This document shows positions 1 through 10,697 of a stretch of 64,000 bases of DNA, in pieces (the first letter of the stretch is position 1; each line of letters starts with the position of its first letter). The stretch lies in contig ML978125.1 in NCBI GenBank assembly GCA_010015805.1, forward strand, positions 868,001-932,000. The letters are read 5' to 3'. The DNA is from Rhizodiscina lignyota. Its lineage: Eukaryota. The position numbers were made by a program, and so were the translations under genes. Under the pieces are notes generated by a model. That model made no database searches. It was not told where the DNA came from and saw only the letters and a list, made by a program, of their open reading frames with translations.

Positions 1-493
1 CGGCAATCCCTTCGCTCAGCATCTCAATCCGAATTTCGATCCTAGCGTCATGTCTCGGGCTCCTCCACCACCGCATATGGCGGCTGCGAGTGGATGGGTT
101 CCTCCACCCCCACCAACGATGCAGGCAAGTGGCACCTACTGGAACGGTGCCGGTTACACGGCTTCAGGAGGAGGCCAAGGCTGGGGATACCGAGGACCTC
201 CGCCGCAGGCTCAGCAGAACAACGGACAAGGCTCTGGTCAAGGTTACGGCCAAGGTTCCGGACAGGAGAGCTACGCTGGTGGTAGGGAACAAGGAGATTA
301 CGGTGGTGGCAGGGACTCGTATGCTGGGGGTGACAGCTACCGTGGAGGTGATTCGTATCGCGGCGGTGGCAGAGGAGGAAGAGGTCAAGGCTACAACAAT
401 GGCTATGACAACAGGAACGGAGGCTACGGCGGAGGCTACAATAGAGGCAATGGTAGAGGCAATGGAGGTTATGGTGGAGGCCGACGCTACTAA
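1..493 (+). CDS. 3' end of a gene with a Pro/Gly/RGG-rich C-terminus; probably 5'-3' exoribonuclease 2 (Rat1/Xrn2), partial
   Basis: Frame is open from position 2 (GNPFAQHLNPNFDPSVMSRAPPPP...GWVPPPPP...RGGGRGGRG...GGGRRY) to TAA at 491-493. The NPFAxHLNPNF/GWVPPP tail resembles filamentous-fungal Rat1 C-termini from memory; the catalytic domain is outside the window. Confidence 0.5.
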   Translation, partial: GNPFAQHLNPNFDPSVMSRAPPPPHMAAASGWVPPPPPTMQASGTYWNGAGYTASGGGQGWGYRGPPPQAQQNNGQGSGQGYGQGSGQESYAGGREQGDYGGGRDSYAGGDSYRGGDSYRGGGRGGRGQGYNNGYDNRNGGYGGGYNRGNGRGNGGYGGGRRY

Positions 494-928
494 AATGGCT
501 GGCCTCTAAATTCCATTGCAATGCCTTCTGGATGATGATTGCGGGCCCCGAGACATAGGGCCTACTTACTATGCTGCAGAGAGTGGACCATCTGTTCCCC
601 TCTTCCGCAGCGCTTGGTCAACATGTACGATACCTAAGGAAAAAAACTAAAAAAGGCAGAAAAAAAATCAAAAACCTTGTACGAGTAAAAACCATTTTTC
701 ATCTTTATGCTTCCGTGAAACAAGTGCTCCTGATATTGTGGCAATTCTCGCCGCTTGCTCACATAGTATGAGTGACTGTGTTACGTCTGAGTCAACCCGC
801 CGCACCGCAAATATAACAATTTCACGACTCACGCACCCCACCCCCAAAATTCCACAACGCAACTCAATCTACTGATCGCACACTTACATGGGCGTCTGTG
901 AGCTTGCGAAGCTCCTCCAAAGCTCAAA

Positions 929-3900
929 ATGTCCATAGACTTCCCGAAAGAAGAGGAGCGCGTCCTCAAGCAGTGGAAGGAAATCGACGCCTTTCGCCGC
1001 CAGGTCGAGCTCTCGAAGGGCCAAAAACCGTACACCTTCTACGATGGACCGCCATTCGCAACTGGCTTGCCTCACTACGGGCATTTGCTTGCCTCGACCA
1101 TCAAAGATATCATACCCAGATACTGGTCCATGAAGGGCCGGTACGTCGAGAGGCGATTCGGATGGGATACGCATGGCCTGCCCATCGAGTATGAGATTGA
1201 CAAGAGATTCGACAAGAGCGCGAAAGACTTGGTGGCGGAGATTGGAATCGAGAAATACAATGCGGAGTGCAGGGCGATCGTCATGAGGTTTGCGGAGGAG
1301 TGGAGGCAGACTATCGATAGGCTGGGGAGGTGGATCGACTTTGACAACGACTACAAGGCATGTACGGCCGCAATTTCGATGGAAATGTAAAGCTAACTGA
1401 GACTTCTAGACCATGGACCCGAAGTTCATGGAGTCTGTGTGGTGGGTCTTCAAGCAGCTGTATGACAAGGACAAGGTGTATCAAGGCTACAGAGTCATGC
1501 CTTTCTCGACAGCTTTGAATACTCCTCTCAGCAATTTCGAGGCACAGCAGAATTACAAGGACGCGCAAGACCCAGCTGTAGTCGTCACGTTCCCTCTTCT
1601 CAACGACCCTCAGACATGCCTGCTCGCATGGACGACAACGCCATGGACACTTCCTATGCACACAGGCCTCGCTGCCCACCCCGATTTCGAGTACGTCAAG
1701 ATTCACGACGAAGCTTCTGGAAAGAACTACATATTGCTGGAGGCGTTACTCCGTACCTTGTACAAGGACCCCAAAAAGGCGAAGTTCAAGGTATTGGAGA
1801 AGTTCAAGGGCACAGAAATGCTGGGCTGGCAGTATGAGCCGCTATTCGACTATTTCTACGAAAAGTTTAAAGATGTCGGCTTCCGAGTATTCAATGCGAA
1901 GTATGTTACTGCCGACAGCGGTACAGGCATAGTCCATCAGGCGCCGGCGTATGGAGAAGAAGATTACAACGTCGCGATGAACGCAGGCGTCATTAGCAGG
2001 GACCGGCTACCTCCTAATCCAGTCGATGATTCCGGCCTTTACACCTCGGAAGTGCGCGATTTTGTGGGCCAGCACGTTAAGGCTGCGGACAAGCATATCA
2101 TCAAGTATCTCAAAGGTACCGGGAGGTTGATTGTCGACAGCCAGATTACGCACAGTTATCCATTCTGCTGGCGTTCAGATACACCCTTGATCTATAAGGC
2201 AGTTCCATCGTGGTTTGTCACCATCTCAGATATCATTCCCAAGATGCTCGAGGGCATTGAAGGCTCCCATTGGGTACCAAACTTCGTCAAAGACAAACGC
2301 TTCGCGAGCTGGATCGCAAACGCTCGGGATTGGAACATTTCGCGAAATCGATATTGGGGCTCACCAATTCCATTGTGGGTGAGCGATGACTTGGAAGAAG
2401 TTGTATGCGTGGGCAGCGTATCGGAGCTTAAGGAATTAAGTGGCTATGAGGGTGAAATTACAGACCTTCATAAAGACAAGGTCGACAAGATCACCATTCC
2501 GAGCAAGCAAGGCAAGGGCACCCTACATCGCATTCCAGAGGTCTTCGATTGTTGGTTCGAGTCAGGAAGTATGCCTTACGCGTCTGCTCACTACCCTTTC
2601 GAAAACAAAGAGAAGTTTCACGAAGCTTTCCCTGGTGACTTCATCGCTGAGGGCCTCGATCAGACGAGAGGATGGTTTTACACTCTTGCTGTGCTCGGCA
2701 CCCACCTGTTTGGTTGTCTGCCTTTCAAGAACTGCGTTGTCAACGGAATTGTGCTGGCGGAAGATGGCAAAAAGATGTCGAAGCGGTTAAAGAATTATCC
2801 CGATCCATCGCTCATCATGGACAAGTACGGCTCAGATGCTCTACGCTTATACCTCATCAACTCACCGGTTGTGCGCGCCGAGCCTCTTCGATTCAAGGAA
2901 TCTGGCGTGAAAGAGATTGTCTCAAAAGTTCTCCTACCGCTGTGGAATTCATACAACTTCTTCGAACAGCAAGTCGCGCTGCTCAAGAAAGTTGCAAACG
3001 TCGACTATGTCTTCGATCCCGAAGCGGAGAACACAAACACCAACGTCATGGACCGCTGGATTCTGGCAAGTTGCCAATCACTCCTCAAATTCGTAAATGC
3101 GGAAATGGAAGGCTACCGCCTCTACACTGTCGTTCCGCGCCTACTCTCCCTCATCGACAACACCACAAACTGGTACATCCGCTTCAACCGCTCGCGGTTA
3201 AAGGGCGAATACGGCATAGACGATACCCAACATGCGCTCAATACTCTCTTCGAGGTTCTCTATACGCTCACAAGAGGACTCGCACCATTCACACCTTTCA
3301 TCACAGACAATATCTACCAACGCCTTCTTCCTCATATTCCCGAGAAGTTGCGGGCCAAAGACCCTCGTAGCGTGCATTTCCTCCCGTTCCCCGAAGTCCG
3401 CGAAGAGCTGTTTGACGAGGTCATCGAGCGGCGGGTGGGACGCATGCAGAGCGTCATTGAGCTGGGGCGTGTGAGTCGGGAGAGGAGGTCCATCGGTTTG
3501 AAGACACCTCTGAAGACGCTGGTCGTCGTACACCCAGATCCTGTTTATTTGGGTGACATCAAGGGCCTCGAAACGGAGATCTGCAGCGAGTTGAACGTTC
3601 AGGATCTTGTACTGAGCAGTGACGAGGACAAGTACAATGTCCAGTACTCGGTCGATGTGGACTGGGCAGTGCTTGGCAAAAAGCTGAAGAAGGATGCCCA
3701 GAAAGTGAAGAAGGCTCTACCAAATCTAAGCAGCGATGCCATCAAAACTTTCCTGAAAGAAGGCAAAATGACCATCGATAACATCGAGATCGTCCAAGGT
3801 GACATGGTTGTAAATCGTGGCTTAAAGGAAGGCGACGCAAGCAAAAGTCAGGAGTTCAACACGGACAGTGACGTCCTCATCATCCTTGACGTCGCGATGT

Positions 3901-4220
3901 ATCCCGAGCTCGAGGAAGAAGGCCTCGCCCGTGAGATCATCAACCGAGTGCAACGACTACGAAAAAAGGCGGGCTTGGTCCCCACGGACGACGTGGGCAT
4001 GGAGTACAAGGTACTGGAGGACCCAGAAGGCATTGGACTAGAGAAGGTCTTTGAGAGTCAGGGCAAGATGATCGAGAAGGCGCTCAGGAGACCTGTGGAC
4101 AAGCATGTCATTACGGAGGTGGAGGGTAAGATCCCAAATGGGAAGATCGAGGAGGTTATTCTACAGGAACAGCAAGAGGTGCAGAAGGCGACATTCTTGC
4201 TTAGGCTTGTGAAGCTGTAG
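929..4220 (+). CDS. ILS1: Cytoplasmic isoleucyl-tRNA synthetase; exons 929-1357 and 1410-4220
   Basis: [16 protein letters not shown] (HIGH-type motif), WTTTPWTLP editing domain, [21 protein letters not shown] and KMSKR. Splicing restores the conserved [13 protein letters not shown]. Confidence 0.97.
1358..1409 (+). other. Non-canonical GC-AG intron in ILS1 (52 nt)
   Basis: AAG|GCATGT donor, GCTAAC branch at 1392-1397, CTAG|ACC acceptor. The nearby GT donor at 1362 would cause a frameshift. Confidence 0.85.
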
Positions 4221-4545
4221 AGATGCCTCTTGACCAAAGATGTTTTATAGAGCAGAAGAATCGATTCTGGTTGTTCAAACAAGAAGCCTATCCCATGACA
4301 CTCGCATTGTGCTGTTCAGTGCCGTTCATTTCTATAAATGTAATATTTGTAGAAGACAGAGCTCGGTTTCGCATAGCTCGAGAGCTGAAGAATCGACTGT
4401 GATCTTTCAATGATAAATCTATCCCATGGCCATTCCTTTCATGCCAATCACTCAGATGCCGCATAGATTGCGGCCGAACCGCCGTCTCTCTCCTCTGTGT
4501 CATTCCATCTATTTATTCCCCATCTTGATTGGCTCGCTCGCACAA

Positions 4546-4835
4546 CTACCTCTTCTTGTACGCAGCCTACCATTGTCAGCAGAAATTCGCTTACATCAAA
4601 CTCTTGGCCGCACTCACGACGTAGCATTCCTTGAGTTTGAGAAATTCCGTCAAGCACTTGTCTTTGTGGACATTGTTGTAGTCAGCTACAATACATTTGC
4701 CGTAGTCAGAAGCCTGTTCGTGTAGTTGTTAATGCAACGTTCATTATGTGACTTCAGTTAGGTATCACACGCCTCTTTCGAGCACTTCCCAACGGCCGCG
4801 GCGAGGCGGTCAATTGGCCGAGTCCGTCCTGGCAT
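4546..4835 (-). CDS. 59-aa twin CX9C mitochondrial protein, NDUFAF8-like complex I assembly factor; exons 4835-4773, 4713-4618, 4566-4546
   Basis: Spliced translation MPGRTRPIDRLAAAVGKCSKEASDYGKCIVADYNNVHKDKCLTEFLKLKECYVAAYKKR* has two exact CX9C motifs. Intron 1 is GC-AG (4772-4714); intron 2 is GTGAGT..GCTGAC..TAG (4617-4567). Confidence 0.85.
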
Positions 4836-5530
4836 GCCTCGCGAGATTGTTGTTCGCAAATTGCAGATGTCGTGAAGATCCTTTTGGAGAAAGTGACCGG
4901 GGTTTATCAGTGAAAACCTTGGCATGTGGCAGGGGCCGTCTGTGCGAGCCTCAGTAGACTTGTCACTGTTCTCTGCGTGTATCTACGGCCGAACGTAAGA
5001 AGGAGTCTCGTGACTAATGCGCCCAGATCATGGTGCGCCTCTCTTCGGCATGATGCACATTTCCAGTATTAATACTCGAGCTTCCCTCCTCCCCACGCTT
5101 CACGATAGCGGCATATTCCGGTCGATACGAAGATGTGGCGGAGAGCCTCAAACAATGTCTGAGACCTTACATGAGCAGTGAGTAATCGTAATTGGCATAT
5201 AGTATCTTTGAGAAGCTTTCTGGCGTCGGCAGCTCTTCGTCTAGCGAGTAGCAATCTCCAAATGAAGCCTGAAGTTTGAAATGCTAGCTAAAGTCTGACT
5301 AAGTGGACTCGAAGCTGAACTCGTTTGTTAAGGTAGTAGGGCAAGCTGAATTTTACATAGAAGGGTAACTTCATCGAATATGGGTTTGTCTAAAGAGTTT
5401 CAAAAACTAGCACCGAATATAAGGTACACTGTGTCCTTTGCACGAAAGGGCGACAGCAATATGCCTCCGCTCCAGTAGCATCTGCCGTCGATATCGAACA
5501 GGGGGCTCCAACCGACTAGCGTTCGCCAAA

Positions 5531-7269
5531 ATGGGCAGAAAATATACCACAAGGGAGTGGGATGCTCGAAAAGACCTCATAAAAGAGCTCTACTGGAACC
5601 AGCGGCGACCAATCAAAGAAGTATGCTCTGCTCTACATACCGAGGGCTTCGAAGTCAGGTACGTCTCATCCATTATCAGAAATGTAAGTACTGATTTGCT
5701 GGTAATAGCGAGCGGATGCTCAGGCACAGAATCAAGCAATGGAAACTGGACAGGAAGAACAAAGAGAGCGAGATGAGGACGGCCATCCAATTGCTTATAG
5801 ACAGTGGGATCACGGATTGGTCCGAAAAGGAACCGAAGTTTCGAATTCGACATTGCATTGTGCCACTGCACGAAGTCTTGCACTACTTTTACCGCAGAGG
5901 AATCAGCGATCCATTCGGCTGGCTCAAAGGTTTACCCGAAGAGCGCTGCCAACCGTCTCCTGATGTCGAGCTTATGATCGAAGAAAGCCCTGTTTCACCC
6001 GTCGCAAGTGATAGTGGGGACAGCATCGAGTCTTCCCTTTCAACGACAGAAGACGTTGAGCACAGAGATGGGGAAATCCAGTCGATCCTGAGGCCTGAGA
6101 AGTGCTCACTGCAACAGTGGCACAAAAGATCCCGTATTCCCTTTCAGCTCGGAGCCGAAGCTGCACTGCCATTAGAATTTAGACTGAATGAAGAACTGAT
6201 CTGGCATGCCGCCTCGTACTGCAGCCGCTATCTACAATCACCGCAGGCGATGTCCGACAGCGAGTGGGCTGTGCACATGCTCACGACTCATGGTACCTTT
6301 GGAGCTCAGATGCAAGACGGGATATTCTTTGCCCCTCAACACAATCCCCACCGAGCTTTTGCACATTTCAACAATGCCTTTGAGATGGCACATCTGCTGC
6401 TCAGCGAGGAGAGTCCCTTCGCCTTCGCTCAGGTATTCACAGTCATGTGCGAACTAGCTACGCATTCGGAAGAGTCGTCGAGATCGCAGCGCACGTTTCA
6501 GGAGCGAGCAGTCTTGCAGGAGGTTAACCAGAGCCTGATCAAGTATCTCTCGGACTTGGCGGCCATTCGGTTAAGCGCTTCTCATCCCCTTGTGGCATTT
6601 CTCTCAGCACTCAGGAAAGCGGAGCACATATCGGACTCGATTGTGAGACTGATGCGCAAGATGATAGACATTTTCACCGAAGAGAACAGCGAAATGGGCT
6701 GGAAGAAAATGTACTTGAAGGAGCGTTACTGCGACTGCTTGTACTACACTGGCATATCTGGTGAACGGCAAGCGCTTCGCTTACAACTTCTTGAGGAACA
6801 GGAGGCATTCTATGGCAAGGTAAGGGGCAATGTGCTCTACACGCTGACCAACGTTGCCGAAGACTGTCTTGAAAATTTTCAGACCGCAAAGGCTGAAGCG
6901 CTTTACCGAGATGCCATCGACCGCGCAAACACCAATCGCAGCGGCTTTGCGAGATCCAAAATTCGGTTCGCGGCACTAGAGGGTCTGGCCAAAGTTGCCA
7001 TTATGAATGTCGATTTGGACACAGTTGCCGCTAGGCTAAAGTGCAATTCCGTCGGCATCACACAAGACCTGCAGAGGCTTAATGGCATTAAGCTCCGCAG
7101 GCTCAATGAGGCTGCGGGATACCTGGAGCAGGCGGAAGATGAAGCTCGAGTTTGGTTCTGCCCAACGAACAGACGTACCATCAGGATTGGACAGATGCGA
7201 CAGCGCGTTTTGAAAGAGATTTTGGATCTTGAGATATCATGCGCGGAGACATCTGAAAGAATTTGGTAA
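5531..7269 (+). CDS. Clr5-domain protein with a helical, TPR-like C-terminus; exons 5531-5658 and 5709-7269
   Basis: N-terminus EWDARKDLIKELYWNQRRPIKEVCSAL..GF..SERMLRHRIKQWKLDRKNK fits the fungal Clr5 domain pattern. Intron 5659-5708 (GTACGT..TAG) joins the two ORFs in frame. Confidence 0.8.
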
Positions 7270-8079
7270 ACCTCCACGGTGACGGGAAGTGTTCAGACCG
7301 AATGCAAAACTCCTGGTACGTGCAGCTGGGGTGTTCAGAAGTCCAGGTCGCTTTCGAGTTCTGAACTTGATGGTGGTGCAAAGACGGGCGTTGCTCTGTG
7401 AAGGCAGAAGAATTGATAAGTATCCACCCATGTATATACTCCCTCTGGACAAAGGCAAATGTTGCTGTCTGAATGCAACTCTTTCCACAATGGTGTGATT
7501 AGGCCCGTTTTGGACAAACCGCCTTGAAACTATGTAACCACAAGACCATCGACGAAACAATGACGAATCTAAGAAGCAGAAAACTTTCTTTCCACACTTG
7601 TGAAAGTTGCAATGCAGATCTAAAGAGTGGGTGTCAGGGGCCTGTAACTCTGCTCAGTGCTGGATTCATTGCATGTCGTGAAACTGGTGTCGTCATCACT
7701 CCTGAAAAGCAGCCGATATAATGTCGAACCGATAATGGGGACGATTTGAAAGTGTCAGCCACATGTCCATACGGTGTAGATAGTATCACAGCGTTACTAT
7801 GGCCACCTTTAAAACCTCTAGAGCACGAACGGGGTGAAATTTTATTGCGTTAACCTTTCAAGTCTCAAAGAACATTGTATGCATGTACATTCGAACGATG
7901 AAGTAGTTATCTCTTACCCTAGTTTGGAGTGATCTGGGAGAGCTGTCTTGAGATGCATTCCGACATTATAACTACTGCCAGAAACAGCTGAAGGAGGCGT
8001 GATTAGAACGCTCCTTCTCTCCTGACATGTGACTTTGTATAATTCAATCCATTTCAGGTTTCATCAGGCCATATTTATC

Positions 8080-9042
8080 ATGTCAAATAAAAGAACGCTT
8101 GACAGCTTTTTCAAACCCCCTGAAGCCAAAAAGCCGAAGCTCGCTTCCACGGAGGACGCGTCAGGCCACTCAACGTACCCATTTCCAATCCCACAGCTCA
8201 CAACATCAGTATCAGAAGGATTAGGTTTTGCACCTGCAAACGAAGGGCGTCAAATAAATGACCAGCTGGACTTGGACCTCCTATACTTTCAGCCGTATAT
8301 CCCAAAGGACGTAGAACGAGAACTCTTCAACTTCTTGCGCCAGGAGTTATTCTTCTATCGAGTACAATACCAGATCAAAAGAGGTTCGATCGAAACGCAA
8401 ATCAACACTCCTAGATTCACAACCGTGTTTGGTGTTGACGAATCGTCCTACTTCGCACGGGACGGCTCCCTCCTAGACAGCAAAAATCATCGACCTGTTC
8501 CGTCAGATCGCTACAAATGCCGTCCACGACCCATTCCAAGTTGCCTAGAAGCTCTTCGTAAAGTAACAGAAGGATCGACTGGATGCAAATTCAACTTCTG
8601 CTTGGTCAATTACTATGCCAGTGGAAACGATAGCATATCCTTTCATTCAGATGACGAGCGCTTCCTTGGGCCAGATCCAGCCATTGCTTCTTTCTCGCTA
8701 GGCGCCAAACGAGATTTTCTGATGAAGCACAAGCCCATCACACGTTCTGGGGAGGAGCCGCCGGCCGAATCGAAGTCACTGAAGTATCCGCTGGCGTCCG
8801 GAGACATGATACTGATGCGTGGCAAGACCCAATCCAATTGGTTACACAGTATCCCGAAGCGGAAAGGAGGAGAGAGCGACAGAGGACGTATCAATATCAC
8901 GTTCCGCAAAGCTCTCGTGCGTGGTGGGACAGAGAATTACTACCAGTACAACGTGGGAAGTGGCGGTGTGTACAGATGGGATCAAACCAAGCAAGAAATG
9001 CGTCCGTGGGGTGACGCCGAACCTGGAGAGTTGAAGGAATGA
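8080..9042 (+). CDS. AlkB-family 2OG-Fe(II) dioxygenase (ALKBH2/3-like DNA/RNA repair demethylase)
   Basis: FNFCLVNYYASGNDSISFHSDDE (HxD), IASFSLGAKRDF, WLHSIPKR and RINITFR. First ATG at 8080 (MSNKRTLDSFF). Confidence 0.9.
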   Translation: MSNKRTLDSFFKPPEAKKPKLASTEDASGHSTYPFPIPQLTTSVSEGLGFAPANEGRQINDQLDLDLLYFQPYIPKDVERELFNFLRQELFFYRVQYQIKRGSIETQINTPRFTTVFGVDESSYFARDGSLLDSKNHRPVPSDRYKCRPRPIPSCLEALRKVTEGSTGCKFNFCLVNYYASGNDSISFHSDDERFLGPDPAIASFSLGAKRDFLMKHKPITRSGEEPPAESKSLKYPLASGDMILMRGKTQSNWLHSIPKRKGGESDRGRINITFRKALVRGGTENYYQYNVGSGGVYRWDQTKQEMRPWGDAEPGELKE

Positions 9043-9646
9043 GGGAGACATTGTTACATAGACCTACTGGAGCATCCGTCTTCGCGGTCGTTGAAAATAC
9101 GATCCCGGGAAACATTCGGTCGATATGTGTACGTTAAAGACAAGATTTGAGCCAAGCTGTGGCTCGGCGATTCCCTGTGGAGTGACCCTCAGGGTCGAGC
9201 TTCATGGATTGGTCAAGATCAAGTTGCTTACTAACAAACTACTTTCAACATAGATTATTCGGTGCCGTTTTGGGGCTGAGGGTGTGGAGACCTTATCGTC
9301 CCCCAAAGCCCCGTGACGCTGTCGCAGAGCCTTTGTGGCCTCGTAGATACCTTGAGAACGTAGAAAATCATAGAAGGGGTATTTCGATGGCACCTAATGC
9401 ACTTTATGAATCGCAGATAGAGGTCTGACAGCTCAACTTAGCCCTTCCAATGACGTTGAACCGGGCTGAATGGAGGTAAGGGTTAACTCCGGGGTAGAAG
9501 ACGAAGTGTAAAAGAGCAGATGAAGATGAAAATGCCCCTATATAGTGAATCCAGCAATTTATGAGTCATCCGAGAAGATTGAGACAAGGAAGAGAGAGTA
9601 GAGAGCAGAGATGAAGCGTGAACTTGCGCGTCTTGGCGGCTCGATG

Positions 9647-10697
9647 ACGGGCCTTTTTGTTCGCTCGTCGTCTGCTACCATTCCTCTCACTCGTCATCAC
9701 CGCGGCTTGCGAGCGCACTTCCACTCCACCTCTTTCTCAATACACCGTTGCGCAGCTGGCCAAAATTCTGTCAGGTATCAATCAATACTTGATTTCGTGG
9801 TCGCATTACCTTCTCCTTCCTGTCAAAACTCTCATCGAGTCTCTGAAGACTCTGTTCGTGCCTCAGGCGCCAGGAACATCAATTTCGCTGTTCGAGGACC
9901 AGCTCGCAAGGTCGGTTCGGGCGCAGTTTGTCGCACCATAGGGCCTTGCTGACTTTGTAATACGTCTAGGAGATCTGAATTCCAGACTCTTGGGGAATCT
10001 TGACTTTTGAGCGATCCTCAACACCGTGGCGAATTGATCGGAGCTAGCTGCGGAGATACGATCGTGAAGCTTCGAACAGCTCAAGAAGTGACAATAAAAC
10101 CGCAAACCTTCTAGACTTCACCGCACCGGACTTCTCGCGCGAGCTTACGACCGGGCGAAAGGATAGCGGTTCATTTCACGGAAAATAGTGGCAAGGCGGT
10201 GCATTTGAGGAAACCCACGGGCGAAACCGAGACATTGGGCGTGCAGACTTTGCTCAGAGGACGCACTGGCTGTGGAAGTTGGGATCCGCCACAATCAAAT
10301 ACATCTAAGTGAAGACGGATTTACGGGATAGAGTCTGCGATCTGCAGCCTAGTACTCTAGGATCAAGACTTCACAACCCAAACATCACCGTGCGTCAAGC
10401 CGGAGAGTACCAGCCATACAGCGAGAAGCTCAGCAGCATATACTAAAGCAAGTGCATCGGTACTGCTGACGTACCAACGGTATTATCTAAAACTGCAAGG
10501 AGGACGCAAGCTTGCGAGACGGCATTCCTCCCACGGCTGAGTTGACTCCTATTACTGGAACGCTCAGCCAGTTCGCTTCCTGCCTTCTTTTTGGTCTCAC
10601 CTCGCGACGCTTAAATCCGCCAGCTCTCATTTCGGAGTTTGGCTTTTGATTCTCAATCTACTTTGAGCACCGGGCAGCTTGTTCCACATAACCAAAC
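9647..10697 (+). promoter_or_regulatory. Putative long AUG-free 5' leader of the Zn2Cys6 gene, with a candidate 5'-UTR intron at 9911-9969
   Basis: By manual scan there is no ATG on the + strand between 9647 and the start codon at 10698. Intron-like element AAG|GTCGGT..GCTGAC..CTAG. Confidence 0.55.

Noticed and set aside
638..676. A-rich tract between the first gene and ILS1 as a retroelement poly(A) tail
   Set aside because: Interrupted A runs with no target-site duplication or element body; typical 3'-UTR or nucleosome-depleted sequence.
9202..9393. Short minus-strand ORF MPSKYPFYDFLRSQG...
   Set aside because: GTG start, no recognisable family and no supporting splice structure.
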